Shown here one piece after another: positions 51,188-61,186 of a DNA stretch of 64,000 nucleotides. Source of the stretch: an uncultured virus (IMG/VR IMGVR_UViG_3300023205_000110) (lineage: Duplodnaviria > Heunggongvirae > Uroviricota > Caudoviricetes > Crassvirales); the IMG/VR virus record IMGVR_UViG_3300023205_000110. The stretch is one strand, 5' to 3'. Each line of letters begins with the position of its first letter. The stretch's first letter is position 1. The notes beneath the pieces are model-generated. The model was not told where the DNA came from. It saw nothing but the letters and a program-made list of their open reading frames with translations, and searched no databases. The translations under genes were made by a program, and so were the position numbers.

Positions 51188-53794
51188 TTACCACGGATTA
51201 GAAACACGTTTAATATAATGTAAAGCAATAGTAGGCATAAGTTTATTAATAGCAAGATAATCACCTGTCCATCTATTACCACTTATTTGACTCCAAGTCA
51301 TTTCACCATTATTACTAATATTTGGACCAGTCATATACCAATTAGTAGAACGATTAATGCCAAGATTATTAAATTGACCTCTATCAGTACCATAAGGCCA
51401 AGTATTACGAACATCTTTATCTAAGTCGCCTGATACAAAACGCCAGTTACCCGGTGATACAACATGATGATTACCATCACCACATTTTCCTTTACCAACA
51501 GCAACAGCATGTTGATGAAGAGGTAAATCTGTACCACCAATATAAAATGCATATGCACTTACATTACGACCCGGAGCAGCAGGGTCATATGTATCTTTAA
51601 TATTTTCAAGAACTGTTTTCCAATCAAGATTTCCTTGTTTAGGATTATTATAAATATTAATACCATTAGGTATATAACCCATAACAAAACGTCCTTGTGC
51701 AGCAGTATAAACTTCCCAACCATTAGGAGGAGTTGAAGTATCCCAAAGCATAATAGAACCAATAGGAACAACGGCAGCAATCCAAGCTTGAATTTGACTA
51801 GCAGCAACTCCACCACCTTGTCCACTTCCACCACCTTGCCCAAATCCTTCTCCAACTAATTTATTTTTAATATCAGTATAGAGAGAATTAAAATCTACAT
51901 CAAGTCTGCTAGGTTTAGTTTCACTATCTGCAAATTTATTCATAACAAGATATTTACCTGTTCTAGCTTCACCAAGTTGAGTAACAGACATAACATTATG
52001 AGTGCCATCTCCACCAGAGCCACCACCTCCTTCAAGACCAGCAATAATATCATTAATTTCTTGCTTAGTATAATAATTATTAAGTATAGAATTAATAATA
52101 TTACGTACTTCTTCTTCGGTTAATCCACCTCCGCCAGAACCTCCACCGGCAGCGTTAATAGTAATAGTACCATCATCATTTTCAACAAAAGTAATATTAG
52201 TACCCGGTCTAATCTTATTTTTAAACATTGATACATAATTACTTTCAAAATATTGTTTATACTCATTACTAATATTACTACCACTTTGGTTTATTTTATT
52301 AAGAATTTCTTCAATCTTATTATTAATATATTGCTCAAGATTATTAATACTACCTTCTATACTACTATTTAAATCTCCAATCTTATTATAAATATCTTCA
52401 AATTTAGCGTTATATTCAGTAATAAGATTATCTATTCTAGTATTAATATTAGAAACTTCTTGTTGAAGATTACTTATCTGTTGGTCATGAAGTTCAAGAT
52501 GTTCATTAATCTTTCTAAGTTCTTCAAGAAGCCAAGCATAAAACTTTTCCATCTCTTCTCTTAACTTCTCTAAGAAAGCTTCAAATTCAGCACGAGTAAG
52601 ATATACAGATAAATCAAAACCCATACTTACCCATTTTTCACCATCCCAAAACCAATAAAAATCATTAGTATAAGCTCCACCCCAACCAACAATTTCAACT
52701 TGTTTATTATCTTCACCTAAATCAAGAGGATGATAAAGTATTTGACCAACAGCCCAATTTCCATCAAGAGATATAGATTCTTTATCAAACATATCTTCTT
52801 GACGATAATTACTAAGAAGTCTACATTGATTTAATTTAACTGCACCATCATACATTCTACCACCTCTCCAAAGAATAATACTATTATCTGGAAGTTCAAT
52901 AGTTTGTCCAGCTAAACAATAATCATATTGAAGTATATAAATAGTATTAGGCTCGTTAATCATATCTTGAGTAAGAGTATTAACACCACTAATCATATTC
53001 TTACGAAGATATTTACGAGCCTTTCCACTATAATCATTTGTATTATAGTCTTTATCTGCAAATTTAAGAAGATTATCAACAACAGTTAAATCTTCTTCAT
53101 CAGCTGCATTAGTAATCTGTGAAGCAGTAAACATTTGTTTAACAGATTCACTAAGCATTTCAGGAGTAATCTGACCTTCAAGTATTTGAACAGCATTATC
53201 TTCAAAATACTGTTTAAGCACTTGTGCCATATAATTAACTACAACATTACGACGAAGATAATTATCTTGAATATTAATACCAAATTCATCAGCAACTGCA
53301 CGTTCTGCAATTGCTCTTGGAAACATACCACTAAATGATTCTACAAATTTAGAACCAATTTCAGAATCAGCTTCAAGATGCCATTTCTTTGCATTAGTAA
53401 CAGGAGTTATTTCATCAAGAATATAACTCTTTTTAGTTTCAATAACATAAACTTCACAACCTACTCCAATCTGTTCCCAAGTAAGAGCATCTCTATCTTC
53501 CATTGTAGATACTACAATTCTAGCAGCTTTAAGACCTCTTTGAACAACAGCAATAAGTTCTAGTATTTCTTTCTTGAAAGTTTCATAATCAATAACTAAA
53601 TCTTCTCGAAGTTTAGCAATAGGCTGCCAATACTCTTCATTAGATAAAGGAATACCAGCAGGAACAGCTTTACGAGATATATAGCTAGCATAGAAACCGT
53701 CATGAACTATACATAGTCTTTCATAAGGTCTATCATTCCATTGACCATTACAAGTAAGACTAACTTTACCAAGTTCTTCTTCTATTGTTTTCAT
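51188..53794 (-). CDS. tail-collar fibre protein
   Basis: C-terminal collar motif PIGSIMLW...PPNGW...GRFVMG...LPLHQH...MPTIALHYIKR; coiled coil; Gly linkers. Confidence 0.8.
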   Translation of the reverse strand: MKTIEEELGKVSLTCNGQWNDRPYERLCIVHDGFYASYISRKAVPAGIPLSNEEYWQPIAKLREDLVIDYETFKKEILELIAVVQRGLKAARIVVSTMEDRDALTWEQIGVGCEVYVIETKKSYILDEITPVTNAKKWHLEADSEIGSKFVESFSGMFPRAIAERAVADEFGINIQDNYLRRNVVVNYMAQVLKQYFEDNAVQILEGQITPEMLSESVKQMFTASQITNAADEEDLTVVDNLLKFADKDYNTNDYSGKARKYLRKNMISGVNTLTQDMINEPNTIYILQYDYCLAGQTIELPDNSIILWRGGRMYDGAVKLNQCRLLSNYRQEDMFDKESISLDGNWAVGQILYHPLDLGEDNKQVEIVGWGGAYTNDFYWFWDGEKWVSMGFDLSVYLTRAEFEAFLEKLREEMEKFYAWLLEELRKINEHLELHDQQISNLQQEVSNINTRIDNLITEYNAKFEDIYNKIGDLNSSIEGSINNLEQYINNKIEEILNKINQSGSNISNEYKQYFESNYVSMFKNKIRPGTNITFVENDDGTITINAAGGGSGGGGLTEEEVRNIINSILNNYYTKQEINDIIAGLEGGGGSGGDGTHNVMSVTQLGEARTGKYLVMNKFADSETKPSRLDVDFNSLYTDIKNKLVGEGFGQGGGSGQGGGVAASQIQAWIAAVVPIGSIMLWDTSTPPNGWEVYTAAQGRFVMGYIPNGINIYNNPKQGNLDWKTVLENIKDTYDPAAPGRNVSAYAFYIGGTDLPLHQHAVAVGKGKCGDGNHHVVSPGNWRFVSGDLDKDVRNTWPYGTDRGQFNNLGINRSTNWYMTGPNISNNGEMTWSQISGNRWTGDYLAINKLMPTIALHYIKRVSNPW

Positions 53795-53857
53795 ACGTTC
53801 TCTAGGTTTACTAAATTCATAGTGTAGACCCCCCGTAGAGGATGGAACACATTCACA

Positions 53858-54385
53858 TTATTCATTATCATAATCAACATCACTAAGACTATAAGTTTCA
53901 TTATATTCTTTGCCTTCTTCTTTCTTCTCCCAAAGTTTACCAGTTTCAGGGTCAACATAAAATTTAGGAGCATCTCCACAACTAACTATTGCATGAATTT
54001 TACCTTCTTCATCAACAGGAAGAGTAATAGAACCACTATACTGAACTTGTTCACTACCTTCATAAATAATATTAAGTTGACCTTTAATATATTTAAGAAG
54101 AGTTTCAGCAAGTTTATCTTGACCAAGTTGATATGCTGCCATAGCAGATTGAAACATATTCCAACAAGTAACAATATTTTTATTATTACCTTTACAAGTA
54201 GCAGAACAATCATTAAGCATATCAAGTCCATATTGTGCCATAAGAACTAATAGTTTATGATAAACACAAACATATTTGCTAGGAACAGTCATATAAACAT
54301 ATTGAGGGTCAATCTCAACTTGTTCAGTTCCATCAGCTTTTACATAGACACCATTAACATAATTATCATCTATTTGTTCACTCAT
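53858..54385 (-). CDS. conserved virion protein (tail hub candidate)
   Basis: 175 aa, Cys-containing; synteny only. Confidence 0.5.
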   Translation of the reverse strand: MSEQIDDNYVNGVYVKADGTEQVEIDPQYVYMTVPSKYVCVYHKLLVLMAQYGLDMLNDCSATCKGNNKNIVTCWNMFQSAMAAYQLGQDKLAETLLKYIKGQLNIIYEGSEQVQYSGSITLPVDEEGKIHAIVSCGDAPKFYVDPETGKLWEKKEEGKEYNETYSLSDVDYDNE

Positions 54386-54621
54386 TCTATCATCAAGTTA
54401 TTGTATGAATTAATAATTGATTTTTGTTGCTCATCAGAAAGCAATTCTAAGGCTTCTAGTGCTTGAATCAAAATTTGTCCTTGTGTTAGTTTGCACCAAT
54501 TTTTTTCGTTCAATGGGAAGCCTAATTCTGCTATTCTCACCTGTTTTTCAGCCATGCTTGCAATACGCAATTGCATCTCTTTCGATAGCTGTTTTGGATT
54601 ACTAATATAACCTCTTATCAT
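54382..54621 (-). CDS. hypothetical protein (79 aa)
   Basis: Tightly packed in the operon with an ATGA-type overlap. Confidence 0.6.
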   Translation of the reverse strand: MIRGYISNPKQLSKEMQLRIASMAEKQVRIAELGFPLNEKNWCKLTQGQILIQALEALELLSDEQQKSIINSYNNLMIE

Positions 54622-54630
54622 AATATCATC

Positions 54631-55164
54631 TTATTTAAATGCCTTATTAATAATATAAGCAGTATAATCATTAACTCTAATATCAATACGTTTATTAAAC
54701 GCAATAATACGTTGATTAGAATTAAGATTTTTATTATAAACAATATTTATAATATCACCATAAATATCTTCTTTCCATTCTTCTTTCATATAATGACTAA
54801 GATAATCTTCATCACCACGATACATATTAAGTTTAGAATAAGCATCATAATAAACACTATTAACTAAATGTCTAGCGTTATATTCTATTTGGTCACGATT
54901 ATTATCAACATTATTAGTAATAATAGTTGAAGCAACAAACTTTGCACATTCCGAAGCTGCATTAACCATAGTAATAGAAATAACAGCTTTAGATTTTTCT
55001 CTATCTTTTTCAATAATATCTCTAGTAACTATGTTAAGAAGTTTGGCAATATCATCTAAAGGATTTCTTTTGTTATTATCAATTATCTTATTAATTATAA
55101 GATAAATAACAATAACAATACCGGGAATAAGACCTTGTTCAAAGGCATTTTGAATTAATTCCAT
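54631..55164 (-). CDS. membrane protein with an N-terminal TM segment
   Basis: Start reassigned to ATG 55164 (MELIQNAF); the upstream extension lies within a hairpin. Confidence 0.6.
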   Translation of the reverse strand: MELIQNAFEQGLIPGIVIVIYLIINKIIDNNKRNPLDDIAKLLNIVTRDIIEKDREKSKAVISITMVNAASECAKFVASTIITNNVDNNRDQIEYNARHLVNSVYYDAYSKLNMYRGDEDYLSHYMKEEWKEDIYGDIINIVYNKNLNSNQRIIAFNKRIDIRVNDYTAYIINKAFK

Positions 55165-55178
55165 TTTTATAGATACAA

Positions 55179-55230
55179 GAATAGGGACTATCAGTATCAA
55201 CACTAATGCTAATACCAATAGCCCCTATTC
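55179..55230 (-). terminator. probable terminator hairpin after the capsid operon
   Basis: Minus strand gaataggggctattggtattagca...tgttgatactgatagtccctattc. Confidence 0.55.
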
Positions 55231-55274
55231 GATTAATATTACCTAATATTTACCTAATCGAGTCGGGTAATAGG

Positions 55275-56138
55275 TTATGCTTTTTCTTCAGTAGCAATAG
55301 CTTTAAGAATAGTTTCAACAGTTGCAATAGCAGTAGCTTCAGTAGGGAATGCTATTTGTACAATCTGATGAACAACTTCATCTCTAGTTTTCATTTCACG
55401 TGGAACAGCAAAACGAAGAGTAAAGATAGTATATCCAGCATCTGCACTATCAGGTTGTTTCAAAGGATTAAGCGGATATGTAGGATACAGTTCAGTATAA
55501 GTATCTCGATAAGTATATTCGATACCAGCATCGGCAGCAGCTTTATTAGCCAAATCAGTAATATAAGCCGCATCTCCATATGCAGGAAAACCAGTAGCTG
55601 TAACTGCGACTGCAATACCAACTAATTCATCAGCTCCAAGAATTTCATAATCAATACCTTTAGACTCAGCAGTTAAAGTAATTTTAGCATCAGTAACAGT
55701 TGCTTTAATACCATGTCCAATAGTATTATTATTAATTTGGTTAGCTAATTTCTTTGCTACATCATTAGCAGTAGGATTAAGACCAGTATGAATGGTAGCA
55801 GTCCAACGATTACGTTCATTAAACTTTAATCCTTTTTTCACAATTATAATAGAATAATCAGAATAAGCATTTACATCTCCGATAGTAAGATTAGCAGAGA
55901 AAGTAGTAGCAGCTTGATAAACACCTTTAACAAAAGTAAGATGTTTCTTATAAGCTGGAAGAACTACTGGACCATTTGCTTCACGACCAAGATTAATGTA
56001 AAACTTATCGGTAATCTTAGTACCGTCAGCGTCAATAGTTTCCTTGCCATTAGCAAGATAAGTAAAAGCAACCGCTCCAGCAGCAAGAGGTAAGTCTGCT
56101 CCATAAGCGACTTTGCCCGCCAACAAAAACTGTCTCAT
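55275..56138 (-). CDS. auxiliary capsid/structural protein
   Basis: 287 aa, Ala/Thr-rich, expression-biased codons, three genes downstream of the major capsid gene. Confidence 0.55.
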   Translation of the reverse strand: MRQFLLAGKVAYGADLPLAAGAVAFTYLANGKETIDADGTKITDKFYINLGREANGPVVLPAYKKHLTFVKGVYQAATTFSANLTIGDVNAYSDYSIIIVKKGLKFNERNRWTATIHTGLNPTANDVAKKLANQINNNTIGHGIKATVTDAKITLTAESKGIDYEILGADELVGIAVAVTATGFPAYGDAAYITDLANKAAADAGIEYTYRDTYTELYPTYPLNPLKQPDSADAGYTIFTLRFAVPREMKTRDEVVHQIVQIAFPTEATAIATVETILKAIATEEKA

Positions 56139-56157
56139 TTTTAATTTAATTTAGAGT

Positions 56158-56856
56158 TTAACTTTGTTTATCAGCTCCATTAGAAGTAGCACCAATACTA
56201 GCAAGATAAATCTGTACTGCACGCATAACTATTTCCATGTGTAAATAAGGAGGTAAATCACAATTAACCCAATCTTCTTCTCTATCTTCATCAAACTTAA
56301 CTTTAGCAGGTTCTTTGATATAAAGATATTTAACTAATTGAGGTTTAACTGTATTATTACGTCCAGTATATATATCAACATTAATACCAGATTCATCTCC
56401 AAATATAGTAACTATCGGAGCATCTTTCGCAGCACGATTACAGAAATCTCTTAGCGTTTGACCTAAATCTTCAGCTTCAATAATTCTGCAATCATAAATT
56501 GTCTTGCCATTATAACTAACTTGAAAGCCTGTATATAGCATTATTCCGTCGCTATCAATGTTAATTTTATAAGGGTCAACTTCTGTTCCACCACCTGTAA
56601 TATCTCCGCCGTTAACAGTACCCGCTGTGTATAAAGTTCTAAGAGCATTAACAGGACTAATAGAAGCATTTTGTCGAGCAACCTTATCATTATAAGGAAC
56701 AGGTCCGACGTTTTCTACTATTACATTTCTAGCTTTTTCAATTATAGCAGCATTAAGACAAATATCTATATCTTCCATGAGAATAGCACGAACGGTCTGC
56801 ATACCCATCTGTTGTGCCAGTTCTCTGAACGTCACGTGCATCTCCCCAATGTTCAT
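56158..56856 (-). CDS. tail ring/connector protein
   Basis: MNIGEMHVTF...YLYIKEPAKV...CDLPPYLHMEIV pattern of the conserved crAss structural block. Confidence 0.6.
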   Translation of the reverse strand: MNIGEMHVTFRELAQQMGMQTVRAILMEDIDICLNAAIIEKARNVIVENVGPVPYNDKVARQNASISPVNALRTLYTAGTVNGGDITGGGTEVDPYKINIDSDGIMLYTGFQVSYNGKTIYDCRIIEAEDLGQTLRDFCNRAAKDAPIVTIFGDESGINVDIYTGRNNTVKPQLVKYLYIKEPAKVKFDEDREEDWVNCDLPPYLHMEIVMRAVQIYLASIGATSNGADKQS

Positions 56857-56858
56857 AA

Positions 56859-58016
56859 TCAAATGTTTTTAAGTTTATTTTTATAAGCACTAACAAGAGC
56901 ACTATTGGTAGGATTCTTAAACCATGTAACAGCTTCCTTAACATTAGCACCAATGAACTCACCATCAGGAGTAGTAATATTCTGATTATGAATTGCTCTG
57001 ATAAATTCTCCACGAGAAATAAGAACCTCAATTAAAGATTTAATAGTAATATCTTTATCATTGCAAAGTTTATTAAACTTAGCAGGTTCATTTGTACTAA
57101 ATTTATCAAGATGAGTTTGTTTATCAACAGTATCCATAGCCATACCGTTAGGAATATTAATATTATTGGCAACACAGTATTGAATAAATACAGCATCAAA
57201 CAAATCACTATTCGTGAGAAGTTTAACATAATTGCCTTTAGCCGAATTAATTTCCTGACGATGTTTAGCAAGACGCTCAGCTTCTCTTTGGTCATCTTTA
57301 AAATAAAATCTAATAGATGGGTCAGAATTAATAAGAGCAATATCTTTAGCTACATCTTTATATAATAAACAATGACGATAAATTAGATAATCATCAAGAA
57401 CAATAGGATAACCATATTTATACTTTTCACTTTCAAGAAGATTTAACTTAGTAATTTTAGCTTCAAGAGCTTCTCTAAGTTCTTTAACTCCTTTACGGTC
57501 ACTATTCATATAAGCAGTTTCAATAGCTTCTTCTTCAGCTCTAAAACGAAGATAATCTCGTTTACGATTCCAAAAGAAAGAAATATCAAAAGTTTTACCT
57601 AGTTCATCAACTGAAACACTAATATTATTAAGATAAGCCTTAACCCGTGAAATAAAGTTTTCATTATTAGGAGCAAGACCAATTAAAGCAGGAAAATAAG
57701 ATTCAATCTCACCTTTATTAGAAGAAAGAGTACGAGAACTACGAACACAACTACCAATCTTATCCATTCGTTTAGGTAATGTTTTATCATTAACTCTACG
57801 ATATAATGAATAATTAGTAACTAAATTAATAGTAATAGTTCGTTTTTCAGTATAAGGTTCATCAAGACTTTCATCTCTAAATCCTACTGTATTAGCAGGC
57901 TGTTTATCTACTCCATCCTCTACGGGGGGTATAACCTGTTTATCTGTATTTATATTAGAAGCAGCAGGAGTATTTTCTCCTGCTTTATTAGCTTCATTTA
58001 CTTTGTTAAAATCCAT
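56859..58016 (-). CDS. conserved crAss protein downstream of the major capsid gene
   Basis: 385 aa; GYPIVLDDYLIYR; synteny. Confidence 0.6.
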   Translation of the reverse strand: MDFNKVNEANKAGENTPAASNINTDKQVIPPVEDGVDKQPANTVGFRDESLDEPYTEKRTITINLVTNYSLYRRVNDKTLPKRMDKIGSCVRSSRTLSSNKGEIESYFPALIGLAPNNENFISRVKAYLNNISVSVDELGKTFDISFFWNRKRDYLRFRAEEEAIETAYMNSDRKGVKELREALEAKITKLNLLESEKYKYGYPIVLDDYLIYRHCLLYKDVAKDIALINSDPSIRFYFKDDQREAERLAKHRQEINSAKGNYVKLLTNSDLFDAVFIQYCVANNINIPNGMAMDTVDKQTHLDKFSTNEPAKFNKLCNDKDITIKSLIEVLISRGEFIRAIHNQNITTPDGEFIGANVKEAVTWFKNPTNSALVSAYKNKLKNI

Positions 58017-58041
58017 ATCTTAAATAGCTTCTTTTAAATGA

Positions 58042-59514
58042 TTATAATACACATTTCAATAAGAACATCTTAGTAGTGTTATCTACCTGCAAACCAATAG
58101 AGCCTTTAACTTCATAACGAGCCATATCAATTTCAGTAGCTGCATGATTAGTATTAGGCAATCCCCAGCAAGAAGGAATATCAGTCATACCTTCAATAAC
58201 TTTAGCTTTATAAGCCTGTCCTTTTTGACGTACTATACGAACATTCTGATTACCTTTATAATTACTCATATCAATCAAAGCAGCTTGATGAGAAGTAATA
58301 GGCAAACCAGTAGTAGGATGAATCATACCATTTTGTTTAGCAGCTTCAGCATCAGTACCCTTATCGAAATAAGCATTATGAATAACAGTAATGATATATC
58401 CATCTGGAGTTTTATACTTATTAAAGTAACGTCCATAAGAAAGACCATCACCATTATCTTGAATCATCTTTTCACCAAGAGGAGTAATAAATCCGTTTTC
58501 TTTAGCATCAGTTCTGATAGCCATTTCAAAGTCACGAATAAATCCTTTACCGCCCATAAGAGCTACATTCTTATCGCCATCTTGAGTATCACGGTCAAGA
58601 ACATCACCAATTGTACGTTCAAGTTTGTTAAGAGTCAGAAGTTCACCATAAGTATCATAGTTAGATTCACGACAAATTTCTAACATACCAGCAGTATGAG
58701 GAATAGGTTTACCATTATCATGGTCTTTCAAAGGAATAGTACCATCAGGTAAACGGTTATATTCAGACTTCCACAAACGTTCTTCGTTCATTACTCTCAT
58801 GTGCAAGTTGAACTGTCGCATCTCTTCGTTAATCCAAAGATTAGAAGTACCACCATTATCATTTTGGAATTGATATTGAGTAACAACATTAGCAAGATTA
58901 CCAGCTATTTCTTTAGAATAACGATAAAACTCAAGTTGAGAAGTCATTCCAGCAGGGCCCATAGTATTGCTTCTGTTACCTTTAGAATAAGATTCAGAAA
59001 CAGTAGGAGCACTCATTGCCCAATACATACCTTTAGCCAACCATTGAGGGTCAACATAAGCATCAGGATTAGGAGAAGTAAGTTTCAAAAGATAAGCATA
59101 ACCATAAGCAGATTCACCTAAGTCTTTCTGAATACGAACTTGAGTAACACCATCGGGAGCAGTAAGACCATGTTGTTCAATAAACCAATGAGTAGAGAAA
59201 TGAACTTCAAATTCACTACCATTTTGACCAGGTTTAGTAACAGCAGTATTAAAGTAAGTTACAAAGTCTGTAAACTTCATACGACCCATAGTTTTCCAAG
59301 TCCATTGTACAGTAGCAACATTTTTAATACCACGACTACCTTGACCTTCAGTAATAAAACTTAAAGGAAAACGGTCATCATCCATACCATAATTATAAGT
59401 CAGAAAACTATTAATTTCTTCTGGCTTTTGAAGCTGAAGATAAGCAATGGATTCTTCATTAGAATAACCTCTATCTTCATAACGAGTTTGTCCAATAACA
59501 CGTAATGTTTTCAT
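58042..59514 (-). CDS. major capsid protein
   Basis: 490 aa, high-expression codon bias, terminase-portal-scaffold-MCP order, crAss MCP-like motifs (FPLSFITEG, TAGMLE). Confidence 0.85.
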   Translation of the reverse strand: MKTLRVIGQTRYEDRGYSNEESIAYLQLQKPEEINSFLTYNYGMDDDRFPLSFITEGQGSRGIKNVATVQWTWKTMGRMKFTDFVTYFNTAVTKPGQNGSEFEVHFSTHWFIEQHGLTAPDGVTQVRIQKDLGESAYGYAYLLKLTSPNPDAYVDPQWLAKGMYWAMSAPTVSESYSKGNRSNTMGPAGMTSQLEFYRYSKEIAGNLANVVTQYQFQNDNGGTSNLWINEEMRQFNLHMRVMNEERLWKSEYNRLPDGTIPLKDHDNGKPIPHTAGMLEICRESNYDTYGELLTLNKLERTIGDVLDRDTQDGDKNVALMGGKGFIRDFEMAIRTDAKENGFITPLGEKMIQDNGDGLSYGRYFNKYKTPDGYIITVIHNAYFDKGTDAEAAKQNGMIHPTTGLPITSHQAALIDMSNYKGNQNVRIVRQKGQAYKAKVIEGMTDIPSCWGLPNTNHAATEIDMARYEVKGSIGLQVDNTTKMFLLKCVL

Positions 59515-59533
59515 CTACAAATTTACTATTATG

Positions 59534-60844
59534 TTAATAACCAAAACGCTCATCTTTCAGAGCATCTTTTTTACTGTCAGGTTTAGTTATTTTAATAGCT
59601 CCTTTTGTAGATTTACGTTGACTAGCAGTAAGTTTCAACTTTTTAGCTTCTTTATCAGAAACAGCCATTTCTATCAAACTATCATAACCTTTACCTGTAT
59701 ATTTAAGCCAAGCTTTAAGCAGTTCTTCATCGCGTCTTTCAGCAGGAGATAACTTCATTAAATCATTTTCATAACGAGAAAGTCCTTTATCATCAACTTG
59801 ATAAACATAATTGAAGAAATCTTCTGGAGTAGTAGAAATTTGTTTTCCATTACGTTCAATAATAACAGTTTCAGGAATACGATAACCAGCAATTTGTCGT
59901 TTATCAATACATTCTTTAACTCCATTCCAAAATTCCACAAGTTGTTTCTCTTCTTCTGCTTTAACTCGCATAGCTTCTTTAGCATTAGCTTCACGCATTT
60001 CGTTATCAGCTTTCTGAAGAGCTTCAAGTTCTTCTTTAGCAACATTGAAAAGTTCATTGCTATCTTTAAGATATTGAATATACTTATCAACATTACCACG
60101 ACGATTAAATTCCTTAAACGCCTCACGAACAATAGCTTCTTGTTGACTTACATTATTTTCATCTACTTCAATACCGCTTCTATCTCGAAGTTCACCAAAG
60201 CCTTCAAATGAATTACCATTTGCAACATAATAATTAAGAAAATCACCAACGATAGGATAATCTTCAAATAATTTATTAACACCAGCTTGAGCAAATTCAT
60301 CACGTTTTAAATCAATAACGGATTGAATATAACTTGCAACTCCTTGAGGAGTATTTTCAAAAGTAACAGCTTTACCATCTTCTGAAGTAACAGAAACACC
60401 TACAAGTTCTTGAATTGATTTAACATCAATAGTATTTTCTTCTTTAGTATCTTCTACTTCAAATTCTTTAAGATAAGCAGCAACTTCATTTTTAGCTTTA
60501 AAGATATTACCTTTATCGTCAATAAGATTACCGTCTTTATCGACAATATATTTATTATCTCCATCTTCGATAATAGTACCTTCTTCTAAACCATGTTCAG
60601 CATCAGCGTCATTCGCTTTGTCATTAGGCTTACCCCCCGTGGAGGATGAAGATTGGTTATCTTTATTAGCATTAGAATCACTATTCCCATCTCCATTACC
60701 ATTATTAGTAATATCATCAATAGGATTACCATCAGCATCTAACTGCCCTGTTTTACCTGTATCGAGGTCTGTAATGTCGTCAGTAGGTTTTCCATCACCA
60801 TTAGATGTTTCACCATTAAAACCAAAACTATCAAAATTAGGCAT
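59534..60844 (-). CDS. acidic scaffold-like head assembly protein
   Basis: Asp-rich disordered N-terminus, helical C-terminus, between portal and MCP. Confidence 0.55.
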   Translation of the reverse strand: MPNFDSFGFNGETSNGDGKPTDDITDLDTGKTGQLDADGNPIDDITNNGNGDGNSDSNANKDNQSSSSTGGKPNDKANDADAEHGLEEGTIIEDGDNKYIVDKDGNLIDDKGNIFKAKNEVAAYLKEFEVEDTKEENTIDVKSIQELVGVSVTSEDGKAVTFENTPQGVASYIQSVIDLKRDEFAQAGVNKLFEDYPIVGDFLNYYVANGNSFEGFGELRDRSGIEVDENNVSQQEAIVREAFKEFNRRGNVDKYIQYLKDSNELFNVAKEELEALQKADNEMREANAKEAMRVKAEEEKQLVEFWNGVKECIDKRQIAGYRIPETVIIERNGKQISTTPEDFFNYVYQVDDKGLSRYENDLMKLSPAERRDEELLKAWLKYTGKGYDSLIEMAVSDKEAKKLKLTASQRKSTKGAIKITKPDSKKDALKDERFGY

Positions 60845-60875
60845 AACTCTTTGTTTTTAATTAATTACTATATCA

Positions 60876-60883
60876 CAAATATA
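60876..60883 (-). promoter_or_regulatory. Bacteroidota -7 promoter element for the capsid operon
   Basis: Minus strand TATATTTG about 30 nt before ATG 60844; the same TTTATATTTGT context occurs at 39086-39096. Confidence 0.5.
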
Positions 60884-61110
60884 AACTATAATAATAATAT
60901 GAGTTTTACTTGTATCGTTAAAATATGTTCACCTTTAAGCCGATTTGCCGACTAACATACTATTGCTAACTAGGATATTTATTACTGATAACCTAACCCA
61001 TCGCTTTCAGAGAAGCCGTGTATGAATCAAATTTTATCATAATGATTAATCTATCACGAAATGAATAAAGTGCTTAAAATGAGCTTAAAATGGCTCATGT
61101 GGTGTAAAGA

Positions 61111-61155
61111 AAAATGAAAATGGGCTGAACCTACTTTCACAAGCAAGTCCAGCCC
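61111..61155 (-). terminator. intrinsic terminator after the portal gene
   Basis: Minus strand gggctggacttgctt-gtga-aagtaggttcagccc-attttcatttt. Confidence 0.75.
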
Positions 61156-61186
61156 TATTATGAACAAAATTTAGAAGTACATCCGA

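Larger units (their letters stand above)
3622..60649. repeat. dispersed GC-rich motif family AC(T/C)CCCCGT(A/G)GAGGATGG, 19 copies
   Basis: Plus copies start near 3622, 11435, 14681, 20542, 26991, 34312, 39627, 43387, 47613, 53826, 60631. Minus copies near 3714, 6084, 12541, 18266, 26561, 34103, 43654, 57911. Confidence 0.95.

Noticed and set aside
51188..51500. Second DGR variable repeat in the tail-collar fibre C-terminus
   Set aside because: No similarity to the TR seen there or, by eye, elsewhere in the window.
53791..53979. 62-aa ORF spanning a motif copy
   Set aside because: Alternate frame overlapping the 175-aa gene; the copy at 53826 is better read as intergenic.
3622..60649. Dispersed motif as a CRISPR array or IS ends
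   Set aside because: Copies are kilobases apart, in both orientations and inside intact ORFs; no regular spacers, cas genes, transposase or target duplications.
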